IMG/VR virus record: IMGVR_UViG_3300010157_000047
Span: 26,773-90,772 of that record
Direction: 5' to 3' (one strand)
Length of the DNA: 64,000 nucleotides
Source: a virus
Under the pieces are notes generated by a model. The model saw only the letters and a program-made list of their open reading frames with translations. It was not told the DNA's origin and made no database searches. Position 1 is the first letter of the stretch; every line of letters begins with the position of its first letter. Shown piece after piece: positions 9,992 to 18,103 of this stretch. Made by a program: the position numbers and the translations under genes.

Positions 9992-10121
9992 CACAAAAGG
10001 TGCTATATGCGCAGCTTGCGGTACATGGCATTATCATATAATATGTCCTAAATGTGGATCAGTAGTTTCAATTAAAAAAGTTAATTATGAAAGCGAGAGA
10101 AGATGCAGAAAATCTAATTGA
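9984..10121 (+). CDS. Small zinc-ribbon protein (45 aa), not in the ORF track
   Basis: MNDTKGAICAACGTWHYHIICPKCGSVVSIKKVNYESERRCRKSN*; two CxxC pairs, and it fills the gap between coupled genes. Confidence 0.6.
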   Translation: MNDTKGAICAACGTWHYHIICPKCGSVVSIKKVNYESERRCRKSN

Positions 10122-10305
10122 TCAATTTTTAAGACAAATAATGTATTTACATGGAGAATGGGAATCACAAGTAAATGCTGCAATAGAATGTGCAATAATA
10201 TGTGCAGAAAGTTCATTAAAAGCAAGCATGATGTCATCAGCATTAATTAAGATGCATTGGAAATTAATTATAATTGAATTAAATAATATTAAAAATGACA
10301 GATAG
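10087..10305 (+). CDS. Hypothetical protein (72 aa)
   Basis: MKAREDAENLIDQF...AIECAII...HWKLI pattern typical of small Bacteroidota-phage proteins. Confidence 0.6.
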   Translation: MKAREDAENLIDQFLRQIMYLHGEWESQVNAAIECAIICAESSLKASMMSSALIKMHWKLIIIELNNIKNDR

Positions 10306-10519
10306 AATTATTATAAGACAATTAATAAGAGAATTTATAGCAAAATATTGCATTAAAATAGAACTTAATGATTCAAAAGAATATATTGATAATATATTAA
10401 AAAATCATGAAATAATTGAATACAATGAAATAAAATATTATATACCAAATCATAATTTTTTATTTACAGTAGATGATGATATATTGGGTAGAATGTTGTT
10501 TGCAACGTATAAAGTTTAA
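10295..10519 (+). CDS. Hypothetical protein (74 aa)
   Basis: Coupled ORF. Confidence 0.55.
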   Translation: MTDRIIIRQLIREFIAKYCIKIELNDSKEYIDNILKNHEIIEYNEIKYYIPNHNFLFTVDDDILGRMLFATYKV

Positions 10520-10523
10520 TATT

Positions 10524-10772
10524 ATGACACCGAAAGAAAAACTGAAAGCATTGCGTATATACGCTGTTATAAGCCGTTTTTTATTTCCATATCAAACGTG
10601 GATTAAAATGAGAGAAGAATCCAAAGATAAATACAATGAAAAATTATGCTACTGTGGACATACGTATAAATGTACTTGTGGTAATCCAGATAAGAAATGT
10701 TTTAATGAAAGTGTAAAGCGTGGTAGCATAATTTTGTGGGATGAAAATAATGGTTGGAATATTGGCTTATAA
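10524..10772 (+). CDS. Cys-rich hypothetical protein; start is more likely ATG 10524 than 10473
   Basis: MTPKEKLKALRIYAVISRF...LCYCGHTYKCTCGNPD; the start at 10524 avoids overlap with the previous gene. Confidence 0.6.
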   Translation: MTPKEKLKALRIYAVISRFLFPYQTWIKMREESKDKYNEKLCYCGHTYKCTCGNPDKKCFNESVKRGSIILWDENNGWNIGL

Positions 10773-10789
10773 CTTACTTATAGGCGCAA
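10551..10789. repeat. Inverted-repeat pair resembling integron attC core/inverse-core sites
   Basis: GTTATAAGCC (10566-10575) and GGCTTATAAC (10764-10773) are exact reverse complements, with imperfect outward extension (TTGCGTATATAC / TTATAGGCGCAA). The ORF stop TAA lies inside the TAAC. Confidence 0.6.
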
Positions 10790-10821
10790 CAAACATATAA
10801 CAAAGGATTGGAGGAAATGAA

Positions 10822-11142
10822 ATGAAAAAGCTATTGTTACTATTTTTATTATTACCAATTTTTGTAAAGTCACAAGACAGATATTTTGCAAAAGATAAGG
10901 CATTGCATGTAATATGTTCTACTAGTATTGCAGTTGGATCTACAAAAATTGCGTATAAGTTAAATCTAAAGAATCCTGAATTAATAGGATGTGGATTTGC
11001 GCTATCAATTGGAATAGCAAAAGAATTTCTATATGATAAATCAGCAAGTCCTAAAGATCTACTAGCAGATGGTGTTGGAATAGTAGCTGGATATTATTTA
11101 AACAAATTAATTCATAAAAAATCAAATGCCAGACATAAGTAA
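10822..11142 (+). CDS. Secreted/membrane protein, YfiM/VanZ-like
   Basis: Signal peptide MKKLLLLFLLLP; DKALH...IGIAKE..D...KDLLADGVG motif. Confidence 0.65.
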   Translation: MKKLLLLFLLLPIFVKSQDRYFAKDKALHVICSTSIAVGSTKIAYKLNLKNPELIGCGFALSIGIAKEFLYDKSASPKDLLADGVGIVAGYYLNKLIHKKSNARHK

Positions 11143-11296
11143 ATGCGAAGGAACAGATTGCCCTTTAAAGGAATCGTGTTACCGATATACAGCTATAGAT
11201 AGTGAATATCTACAGTCATATTTCATGAAAGCTCCTTATAATAAGGAAGAAGATAAATGTGATTACTATTGGAATAATAGTAAATATAAAGATTAA
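11126..11296 (+). CDS. Small Cys-rich phage protein (56 aa), not in the ORF track
   Basis: MPDISKCEGTDCPLKESCYRYTA...QSYF...CDYYW*, a recurrent small phage protein pattern. Confidence 0.7.
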   Translation: MPDISKCEGTDCPLKESCYRYTAIDSEYLQSYFMKAPYNKEEDKCDYYWNNSKYKD

Positions 11297-11464
11297 ATGT
11301 CAAAAAAATACGTAAAGGTTCTAGAAAAGAAAAAATTAGGCAGAAAAAAATATCCATATGAAGAGGAAAAAGTACCTTTAACAATATACGTTAGACGTAA
11401 TAAAATTGAGGAACTTGGTGGTAGAGATAAAATTAGAAGAATGCTTAACGATATTATAACATAA
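11297..11464 (+). CDS. Small basic, putative DNA-binding protein (55 aa), not in the ORF track
   Basis: MSKKYVKVLEKKKLGRKKYPYEEEKVPLTIYVRRNKIEELGGRDKIRRMLNDIIT*; GRK motif followed by a strand-helix-helix pattern; abuts both neighbours. Confidence 0.6.
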   Translation: MSKKYVKVLEKKKLGRKKYPYEEEKVPLTIYVRRNKIEELGGRDKIRRMLNDIIT

Positions 11465-11467
11465 AAA

Positions 11468-11674
11468 ATGAATAGATATATAACTTGCATAATTAAAAAT
11501 GAATCAAAGCAAACAAAGATATATGAAAGTGAATCATATAAAGATTTGTTAAAGTTAATAAAAAGTGATAATATTGGGGATTATAAACTGAAATATGCAC
11601 GAAAAATGAATCTAGATGGAAATCATCATTTTGGTATTAATATTTCAGCAAAAGCATATCAAAATCTTCTATAA
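11468..11674 (+). CDS. Hypothetical protein (68 aa)
   Basis: Coupled ORF. Confidence 0.55.
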   Translation: MNRYITCIIKNESKQTKIYESESYKDLLKLIKSDNIGDYKLKYARKMNLDGNHHFGINISAKAYQNLL

Positions 11675-12129
11675 TGAATAAAAAAGTCAGAAATACTAAA
11701 TCTTGGAATTATGATGGAGTAAAATTTCAATCAGGACTAGAGTTGTTCTGTTATAAGGAATTACAAAATAATAAAATTCCATTTATTTATCAACCAGAAA
11801 AACAAGTACTTCTTAAATCATTCAAAATTAATTTCAAATGCTATGAAAGTGTGGGTAAAATATATCGTGATGAAAATAAGAAAATTACTAATTCAACTAA
11901 GCGATTTGATGTGGTTGATTCAATAAGGGAGATAGCATATACTCCTGACTTTATATGTCCTAATAATACGTGGGTAATTGAAACTAAGGGGTTCGCAAAT
12001 GATGCGTTCCCCTTACGTTGGAAAATGTTCAAGAAGAAATTAGTAGAAATGAATTTTACTGGATTACTATTGAAGCCAGAAAATCAAAAAGAAATATCAC
12101 AATGTATAGAAATAATTAAAAATCAATGA
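11674..12129 (+). CDS. PD-(D/E)XK endonuclease (DUF1064/endonuclease I-like, possible Holliday junction resolvase)
   Basis: YDGVKFQSGLE...YTPDF...WVIETKG...FPLRWKMFK. Confidence 0.8.
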   Translation: MNKKVRNTKSWNYDGVKFQSGLELFCYKELQNNKIPFIYQPEKQVLLKSFKINFKCYESVGKIYRDENKKITNSTKRFDVVDSIREIAYTPDFICPNNTWVIETKGFANDAFPLRWKMFKKKLVEMNFTGLLLKPENQKEISQCIEIIKNQ

Positions 12130-12902
12130 ATAATGAAATAATTAAAATATTTTATAATAGAGCTAAATTAATACAAAATTTAGATAAAATAGTTCTTAGC
12201 AGCAAAAAGAATAATCAAAATGATGGTCAACTTAGTTTATTTCAAGAAACAAATGTTAATGTTGAAATATCCCTAGATGAGCCTGAAGATTTCAATGCAC
12301 TTAAAATGGCTGATGCTGAAAGAAATGTATTAGGTTTTGATATGTTATATTCTAGATTTGATGAATATTTCTCAATAAAATGTAAATATGCAAATGGAAA
12401 TATGGCATTATTATTAGATGATGAAATGGATCATAATATTACATTGTTAGCAGAAATAAAGCTAATAGAATATAAAACAAGTCAATATGGCAATAAATAT
12501 GCTAAATTAGTATTTTCCGATAATACTGGAGAAGATAAATTATATTTATTTGGTAAGTTATATGAGAAAATGATTGCTAAATGTTTTTTAGATAAAATAT
12601 ATTTATTAACATTAAAAAAGTCTGAAAAAGATTCTAGTAAAATGGATATAGTTAATTTTATGCTAGCAAATGATATTGATGATGCATGCATATCATCCAA
12701 AAACTTATATGTAACTACGACATCAAATCACCTCCCACAATTAAGGATGTATTTAAAATGCTTTATGATGGGAGATGATCAAGATGTAAATATTAAATTA
12801 ACAGATTTAAATATTACAATGCCATCAGTATGTAAATGTTCTGTTAATAATGAGAATTTATTAGAAATGAGTAAAAATGGATTTGAAATACAATTAAGAT
12901 AA
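12126..12902 (+). CDS. Stand-alone DNA polymerase III alpha (DnaE) C-terminal region: clamp-binding motif, OB-fold and C-terminal domain
   Basis: NRAKLIQNLD...GQLSLF...AERNVLGFDM..RFDEY, then ITLLAEI...SQYGNKYAKLVFSDNTGEDKLYLF. This parallels DnaE HRAALM...GQADMF...ERETLGLY...[24 protein letters not shown]. No PHP or palm domain is present. Confidence 0.8.
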   Translation: MNNEIIKIFYNRAKLIQNLDKIVLSSKKNNQNDGQLSLFQETNVNVEISLDEPEDFNALKMADAERNVLGFDMLYSRFDEYFSIKCKYANGNMALLLDDEMDHNITLLAEIKLIEYKTSQYGNKYAKLVFSDNTGEDKLYLFGKLYEKMIAKCFLDKIYLLTLKKSEKDSSKMDIVNFMLANDIDDACISSKNLYVTTTSNHLPQLRMYLKCFMMGDDQDVNIKLTDLNITMPSVCKCSVNNENLLEMSKNGFEIQLR

Positions 12903-12907
12903 TAAAA

Positions 12908-13339
12908 ATGTATAATATAGAAATAATTAAAAAAGCAGGTGAAATGAGTTCTTTTAGTAATTCAGACATTAAATATTTAATATCAATGCTAGATGGGGCA
13001 AAGCAAATACTGTATCCAGAAGGACTAGAAGAAGATGAATCATTTGAAGTAGCTAAATACAAGCCAAATTCTTTATTAGATTTTTTCGAAGAATTTTGTG
13101 AGGAAGTTAAAATTGAACCATACAGAATGAAATCGTTAGTTAGGAATAGAATATTAACTGATCATAGATGCGTATTTGTTGCATTAGCAACTAAATTATT
13201 TAAAAATTCAACTCAAAATGATATAGCTAATTTAATATCAAGAGATAGGAGTATGATTCCAGCTTATATGAAAGAGGTTAAATCATGTCATGAAAAGCGA
13301 CAATTATATAAAAAAATAAAAAGATCAATGAATTTATAA
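12908..13339 (+). CDS. DnaA domain IV-like (TrpR-like HTH) DNA-binding protein
   Basis: FCEEVKIEPYRMKSLVRNRILTDHRCVFVALATKLFKNSTQNDIANLISRDRSMI matches the DnaA C-terminal pattern S..R......R.......  S...IG....RDHST. Confidence 0.7.
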   Translation: MYNIEIIKKAGEMSSFSNSDIKYLISMLDGAKQILYPEGLEEDESFEVAKYKPNSLLDFFEEFCEEVKIEPYRMKSLVRNRILTDHRCVFVALATKLFKNSTQNDIANLISRDRSMIPAYMKEVKSCHEKRQLYKKIKRSMNL

Positions 13340-13349
13340 TCATAATAAC

Positions 13350-13718
13350 ATGAAAAATTTAACAAGTATTTTACTGGCCGCATTGATTATGTTAAGTTGT
13401 ACTGATTCAATGCAATATATATTAAAGTCAGATACAACAACAAAAATTCTTTTTGTAGGATCAAAATCAGTAGCTTTAAAAGGTACAATGTCTGGCAAGA
13501 TTAGCTGTGTAAGAGGATTTTTAATATCAAGATACAACATTCCAACATTTAGAGATAAAGAAATTCAAATAGAATGGTGTAATGATGGAATTGATGACTT
13601 TTCTAAACTTATAAATCTTGAACATGGAATAACTTATTTTGCAGTTTCATTTTGTTACTACCCAAGACATGCTGATGATGTTTCATATGGAAATGCAGTA
13701 TATTTTAAAACTAAATAA
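13350..13718 (+). CDS. Lipoprotein with a Bacteroidota FN3-like domain
   Basis: Lipobox LIMLSC; C-terminal NLEHGITYFAVSF...VSYGNAVYFKT resembles L.PGTTYYVRAYA...YG....F.T. Confidence 0.6.
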   Translation: MKNLTSILLAALIMLSCTDSMQYILKSDTTTKILFVGSKSVALKGTMSGKISCVRGFLISRYNIPTFRDKEIQIEWCNDGIDDFSKLINLEHGITYFAVSFCYYPRHADDVSYGNAVYFKTK

Positions 13719-13721
13719 ATT

Positions 13722-13940
13722 ATGGCACAAATATCAATAGTAAGAAAAGCTTTAAAGGAAGAATGTGGTACATATTTAAGTAGAAATGACCTATATCGGG
13801 CATTATGCGATTATAATACTAATAAATTAAATATAGGACTAACATTAGGTAAATTAAATCAATTATTAATAGATAAAAAAGATGAAATGTGTAAATTTTC
13901 AGATTTTATAATTGATGAATTTGAGCCTATATACAAATAG
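13722..13940 (+). CDS. Hypothetical protein (72 aa)
   Basis: Last ORF before the terminator. Confidence 0.55.
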   Translation: MAQISIVRKALKEECGTYLSRNDLYRALCDYNTNKLNIGLTLGKLNQLLIDKKDEMCKFSDFIIDEFEPIYK

Positions 13941-13968
13941 AAAAGGGGGGCTCAACCCCCCCCTAATT
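13941..13968. terminator. Bidirectional intrinsic terminator between the convergent gene blocks
   Basis: AAAAGGGGGG-CTCAA-CCCCCCCCTAATTT: a GC hairpin with A/T-rich flanks exactly between two stop codons. Confidence 0.8.
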
Positions 13969-16900
13969 TATTGTTTATTTTGAATTACTCCAGCTGCTCT
14001 ATCTTCTATTTTATATAAAACATTTATTATTGGTAATGTTCTAGCAAATTTCTTTTTAACAGATTCATCATCATAATATGAATTTCCCTCAAGATGTTTT
14101 ATAAATCCTTCTCCAAATTTTTCATAATCCACCATGATTCCAAGTGCAGGAATTAAGTTATCAGTAGTAGTCTTAAATGACATTGGATTCATATAAAATG
14201 TTATATCTTGAATTATTTTATTTGATGTATTAAGCATCATATATTTCCATTTTTTAGATTCTTTATCATCATCATCCATTGATGCAGATATCAACAAATA
14301 TGCACTCATTAACAATAGCAATGTTTTAAATTCATACAGTTGCTTTCTGACATTAGCCATAAATAATTTCTTATCCTTACCTAGTAATTTAATGCCATCA
14401 AATGAAGATTCTCCTTGGAATAATAATAATTTTAAAAATACTTTAGATAATTGAGTTGTGCCAGATATAAATCCTTCTTTATTTACAAAATTATATAATG
14501 TTCTGTAGGTACCTTCAAAATCACGTTCTAGTACCCCTAATTCACTTCTAGGCGCAAATCTGGCATACACACCATCTGCAAGCCAAGATAGCCTATATTG
14601 AGACACTAGTCTACCTAATGCATATCTTTTGATTGCAGGAGAAGTTTCTTTTGACATATTACCATAAAGTAATTGACTTACAAATTTGGATTTACTAATA
14701 AATGTAGACATTTTTCTATTGCCAACTAATGATTCTGGCCTAGCACCCCAATCTTCATCAACGCCAAATTCTTTTTCATTCCAGCTTCCATCTGCATTAA
14801 ATGCCTCAATAAGACTTCTTTCCCTTCCGGTTAAATCTTCAACTTTTTGATTATGCATCATTGCATCTAAAACTCCAAGACGAAGTATGTAATCACCTTC
14901 ACTAAGCCATCCCATAGGAGATAGTGCACTAACATTGAATCCAGCATTATTTGAATCACCACCATAGTGTTCTGGCAATAACCCATATCTCATGCCCAAG
15001 TTATATAATTTATTATTAGATCTCCCAGATGAGTTTACAGTGTTTTTAAGAGACTTTGTAGCATGCATTATACCATTGATAGCTTCATTAGGAGTAAACT
15101 CAGTTCTACCAGCTGCATGAGACATAATTTGAACTATTCCTGAACCAATATTAGCTACTGCTGGAAATGGATTATATGCAAATACCTTATATGCACCAAA
15201 TGTAATTAATCCATCAACGATCTTAGAGCCTACAACATTTTTACCTAAATTATCTAAAAATTTATTATAAATGCTTGACTTATAATTAAAATCTTCTTTT
15301 GTTATATCACCATTATCATGAGAAAATTCCATGTCATCTAAAATTTTTACCATATTTTTATAGGCAGTTTTTTCAGATTCTACTGTAACTAATGATGGAT
15401 ACTCTTTGACTATTTTAATAACAGCAGCTTCTTGTCCAAACTTAGAAACTAAATCATTAAATTTCTTAATAATAACAATAGCTTTAGCTGGATCAGCAAC
15501 AGATATCATTTTTTTAGTTGGATCAAATACTTTCTTTCCAGATACAGCTTCTTTCTCACTACTTTTATTGTATAAAACATTATTTAATACATGATCTATT
15601 AATTTTTTTAAATTAGTAAGATCATTTTTATTTTTAACATTTTTATTTGATGCCGCAACGTCTATCGTTCCATCAGCCCTAAGAACATTTTCGTGCATAT
15701 TCTCAACCATATTCTTTATAAGCAATGTATAATCTTCTATGGCAGATAGATGTTTGTGTGCAATAGCCATTTTTGAAAATTCAATTAAACTTTCTTCAAG
15801 ATTATCACTTTTGTAATCTGCACTTATATCTTTTAAATATCTTACTGGAATAATGTTTCTAGGATTGCCATTTTCATCAAGATATTGCAATTGCATTCCA
15901 TTGCCAGATGTTATTGATTCAATAAGAGTTTCAGACATAGAAGATGGAATACCTTTCATTCCATTTTTAAGCATACTGGCCATCATTCCTTTTTTAATAT
16001 TAGGAATAAATGTTCCATCTATTTTAGTAGATGCATATCCTGGCAAATAAGCTAAATGCTTTGCAAAAATATCAGCATATTTATTATAAAATCCAAGCAT
16101 AGTTGGATTTGATTTTACATTTAGATCAAATCTATTGTCATAATTTCCAAGACTATTATTATTTTCATCTACTCTCAATGGAACTTCTGTAATATATTTT
16201 GATATAGTATTAAATGTTCTTAAATCATCAAGACTATCTCCATTATTATAAACATAATTATGATATTCTATTGGAGATGTGTTTTTAAGATTTTCATCAA
16301 TAAATACAATGGATTCTTCAGCATCCTTACCATTGGCAACATTTTCTTTTTCTTCATCTATTAAATTATTATGAAGATCTTTCCAGTTATTATACTTTTC
16401 AACTGCTTCTTCGATTAATAAATCAGAATAATTTTCATCATCAGTAATTTCAACTAATCTTGCCTTAACTTTTTTCTTTCCAGCCTCAGTAAGACAGTCT
16501 TCTGGATTAATAGTATAAACATTATTCTTTATTGCAGAAGATTTTTTCTTAATTTCTTTTAATAGTAAAACATCAGTATTTTCAGCTTTACTGTATTTGA
16601 TTTTATTTATTTTTTCTTCAAATTCTTGATCAAGCTTTTCTTTAAAATTATAATATGTCTTACTATATCTAGCAAGCATATTACCATCCCATTTGCCATC
16701 ATCATCGATTGATAATAGATCTTTAAAACTTAATCCATTATCTTTTAAATCTTTAAATAGCTGCCTAATTTCATTTGCTGTTCCAAAAAACTCATTAGTA
16801 GATCTTTGACTAGCAGAACTTAAAAATTTATGCAATAAATTAACTACTGGTTTCCCTGTATAATGACCAAGTCCTCCAAGAGTCTTTCCTCCATATGATG

Positions 16901-18101
16901 AAATATCTGATTCATTTGATAAATTTCTATCTGGAATTATTAAATCGTATAAATCTTTACCTATATTTTTTATAAAAGATGGAATTACTTTTCTATGAAG
17001 ATAATCAAAAGAGGTATTATAAGATTTTCCCTGAATAGCTAATATACCATCCAAAGTCTTTTTATCAAGTGTCATTTTTTTCTCAAAGAAATTTCCTAAA
17101 TTTTGCCACATAGAAATAGCACTACTAGCAGCTAATAATTCTTCAGCTCTAGGATTTTTAGAATAAATTATTGAATTTATCCAAGATGCACTTTTATCAT
17201 ATAGCTCAGATAAATTTTTTATTGTTTTATTTTTAAATAAATTATATAATTGAGATCTTAATTCATGTAAATTTTTTTCATGATTATCAAGTTTTTTACT
17301 TAATTCAGCTATTCTATCTATTCCTTCTTGGCTTTTTCCAATAGATTTCATCTCATTGTTAACATCAGAAATTCTATTTTCCAATTTGCTAATTAATGAT
17401 TTTAAATCATCAGATCTTGATTTTATTTTTTCAGCAATGGTTCCAATAGCACTTCTTAAATTTACGTTAATCGGAGAGTCTGTAAAAAATGCATAATCAT
17501 CATCAAATATATTATCACCATATGCATCTCTTAAGTCAAATCCATCATCAAATATATGATCTGAAATGTAATCTAAAGGATCTTCAAATTCTAAATTTAA
17601 ATCATCTTCATATATAGGCTCTTCGTTTAATGTACTTTCATTATATACTTCTTCATTTAAATCAGAATATTCGCTAGAAGGATCATAATCATCTATATCA
17701 TTAGATTCATTTTCAACCCCCATATCAGGATCCTCAATAATTTCCTCATCTTCAGGCTTCACATTACCTTCTGAATATTTATAGCTTTGATTTATAAATT
17801 TTTCACCAAAATTAATATTGAAATTTAATAGCATAAGATTACTACTATTATTCAATATCATTTTTTCATTTGCAACATCATTCCCTAATTTATAATAATG
17901 ATTTTCACCATTGCTTAAATTATAATCATCTAGCTCCCTGATTAATTGCAATGCAGTATCTTTATTTATGCTAGCTGAAATATCAAATTTCTTAATAATA
18001 GGAGATATTATATTTAAGTATTTTTTAATACCTTCTTCTCCATTATCAGTAATAAGCTTTTTTAGCGTAGAATCTTGAATATTATTTATTTCGCATGCCA
18101 T
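13968..18101 (-). CDS. Large virion/ejected protein (1377 aa)
   Basis: Third of three giant genes, next to the RNAP; helical, with an acidic N-terminal linker and a C-terminal hydrophobic helix (FKTLLLLMSAYLLISASMDDDD). Confidence 0.7.
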   Translation of the reverse strand: MACEINNIQDSTLKKLITDNGEEGIKKYLNIISPIIKKFDISASINKDTALQLIRELDDYNLSNGENHYYKLGNDVANEKMILNNSSNLMLLNFNINFGEKFINQSYKYSEGNVKPEDEEIIEDPDMGVENESNDIDDYDPSSEYSDLNEEVYNESTLNEEPIYEDDLNLEFEDPLDYISDHIFDDGFDLRDAYGDNIFDDDYAFFTDSPINVNLRSAIGTIAEKIKSRSDDLKSLISKLENRISDVNNEMKSIGKSQEGIDRIAELSKKLDNHEKNLHELRSQLYNLFKNKTIKNLSELYDKSASWINSIIYSKNPRAEELLAASSAISMWQNLGNFFEKKMTLDKKTLDGILAIQGKSYNTSFDYLHRKVIPSFIKNIGKDLYDLIIPDRNLSNESDISSYGGKTLGGLGHYTGKPVVNLLHKFLSSASQRSTNEFFGTANEIRQLFKDLKDNGLSFKDLLSIDDDGKWDGNMLARYSKTYYNFKEKLDQEFEEKINKIKYSKAENTDVLLLKEIKKKSSAIKNNVYTINPEDCLTEAGKKKVKARLVEITDDENYSDLLIEEAVEKYNNWKDLHNNLIDEEKENVANGKDAEESIVFIDENLKNTSPIEYHNYVYNNGDSLDDLRTFNTISKYITEVPLRVDENNNSLGNYDNRFDLNVKSNPTMLGFYNKYADIFAKHLAYLPGYASTKIDGTFIPNIKKGMMASMLKNGMKGIPSSMSETLIESITSGNGMQLQYLDENGNPRNIIPVRYLKDISADYKSDNLEESLIEFSKMAIAHKHLSAIEDYTLLIKNMVENMHENVLRADGTIDVAASNKNVKNKNDLTNLKKLIDHVLNNVLYNKSSEKEAVSGKKVFDPTKKMISVADPAKAIVIIKKFNDLVSKFGQEAAVIKIVKEYPSLVTVESEKTAYKNMVKILDDMEFSHDNGDITKEDFNYKSSIYNKFLDNLGKNVVGSKIVDGLITFGAYKVFAYNPFPAVANIGSGIVQIMSHAAGRTEFTPNEAINGIMHATKSLKNTVNSSGRSNNKLYNLGMRYGLLPEHYGGDSNNAGFNVSALSPMGWLSEGDYILRLGVLDAMMHNQKVEDLTGRERSLIEAFNADGSWNEKEFGVDEDWGARPESLVGNRKMSTFISKSKFVSQLLYGNMSKETSPAIKRYALGRLVSQYRLSWLADGVYARFAPRSELGVLERDFEGTYRTLYNFVNKEGFISGTTQLSKVFLKLLLFQGESSFDGIKLLGKDKKLFMANVRKQLYEFKTLLLLMSAYLLISASMDDDDKESKKWKYMMLNTSNKIIQDITFYMNPMSFKTTTDNLIPALGIMVDYEKFGEGFIKHLEGNSYYDDESVKKKFARTLPIINVLYKIEDRAAGVIQNKQ

Positions 18102-18103
18102 AA

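Noticed and set aside
12126-12200. Split-intein DnaE, as in cyanobacteria
   Set aside because: No intein C-terminal HN-C/S/T junction at the N-terminus; the DnaE-like sequence begins within about 10 residues of the start.
590-13540. Short minus-strand or alternative-frame ORFs in the left block (e.g. 590-772, 3882-4088, 4714-5019, 11293-11490)
   Set aside because: They overlap well-supported + strand genes; 11293-11490 is the antisense of the 11297-11464 microprotein.
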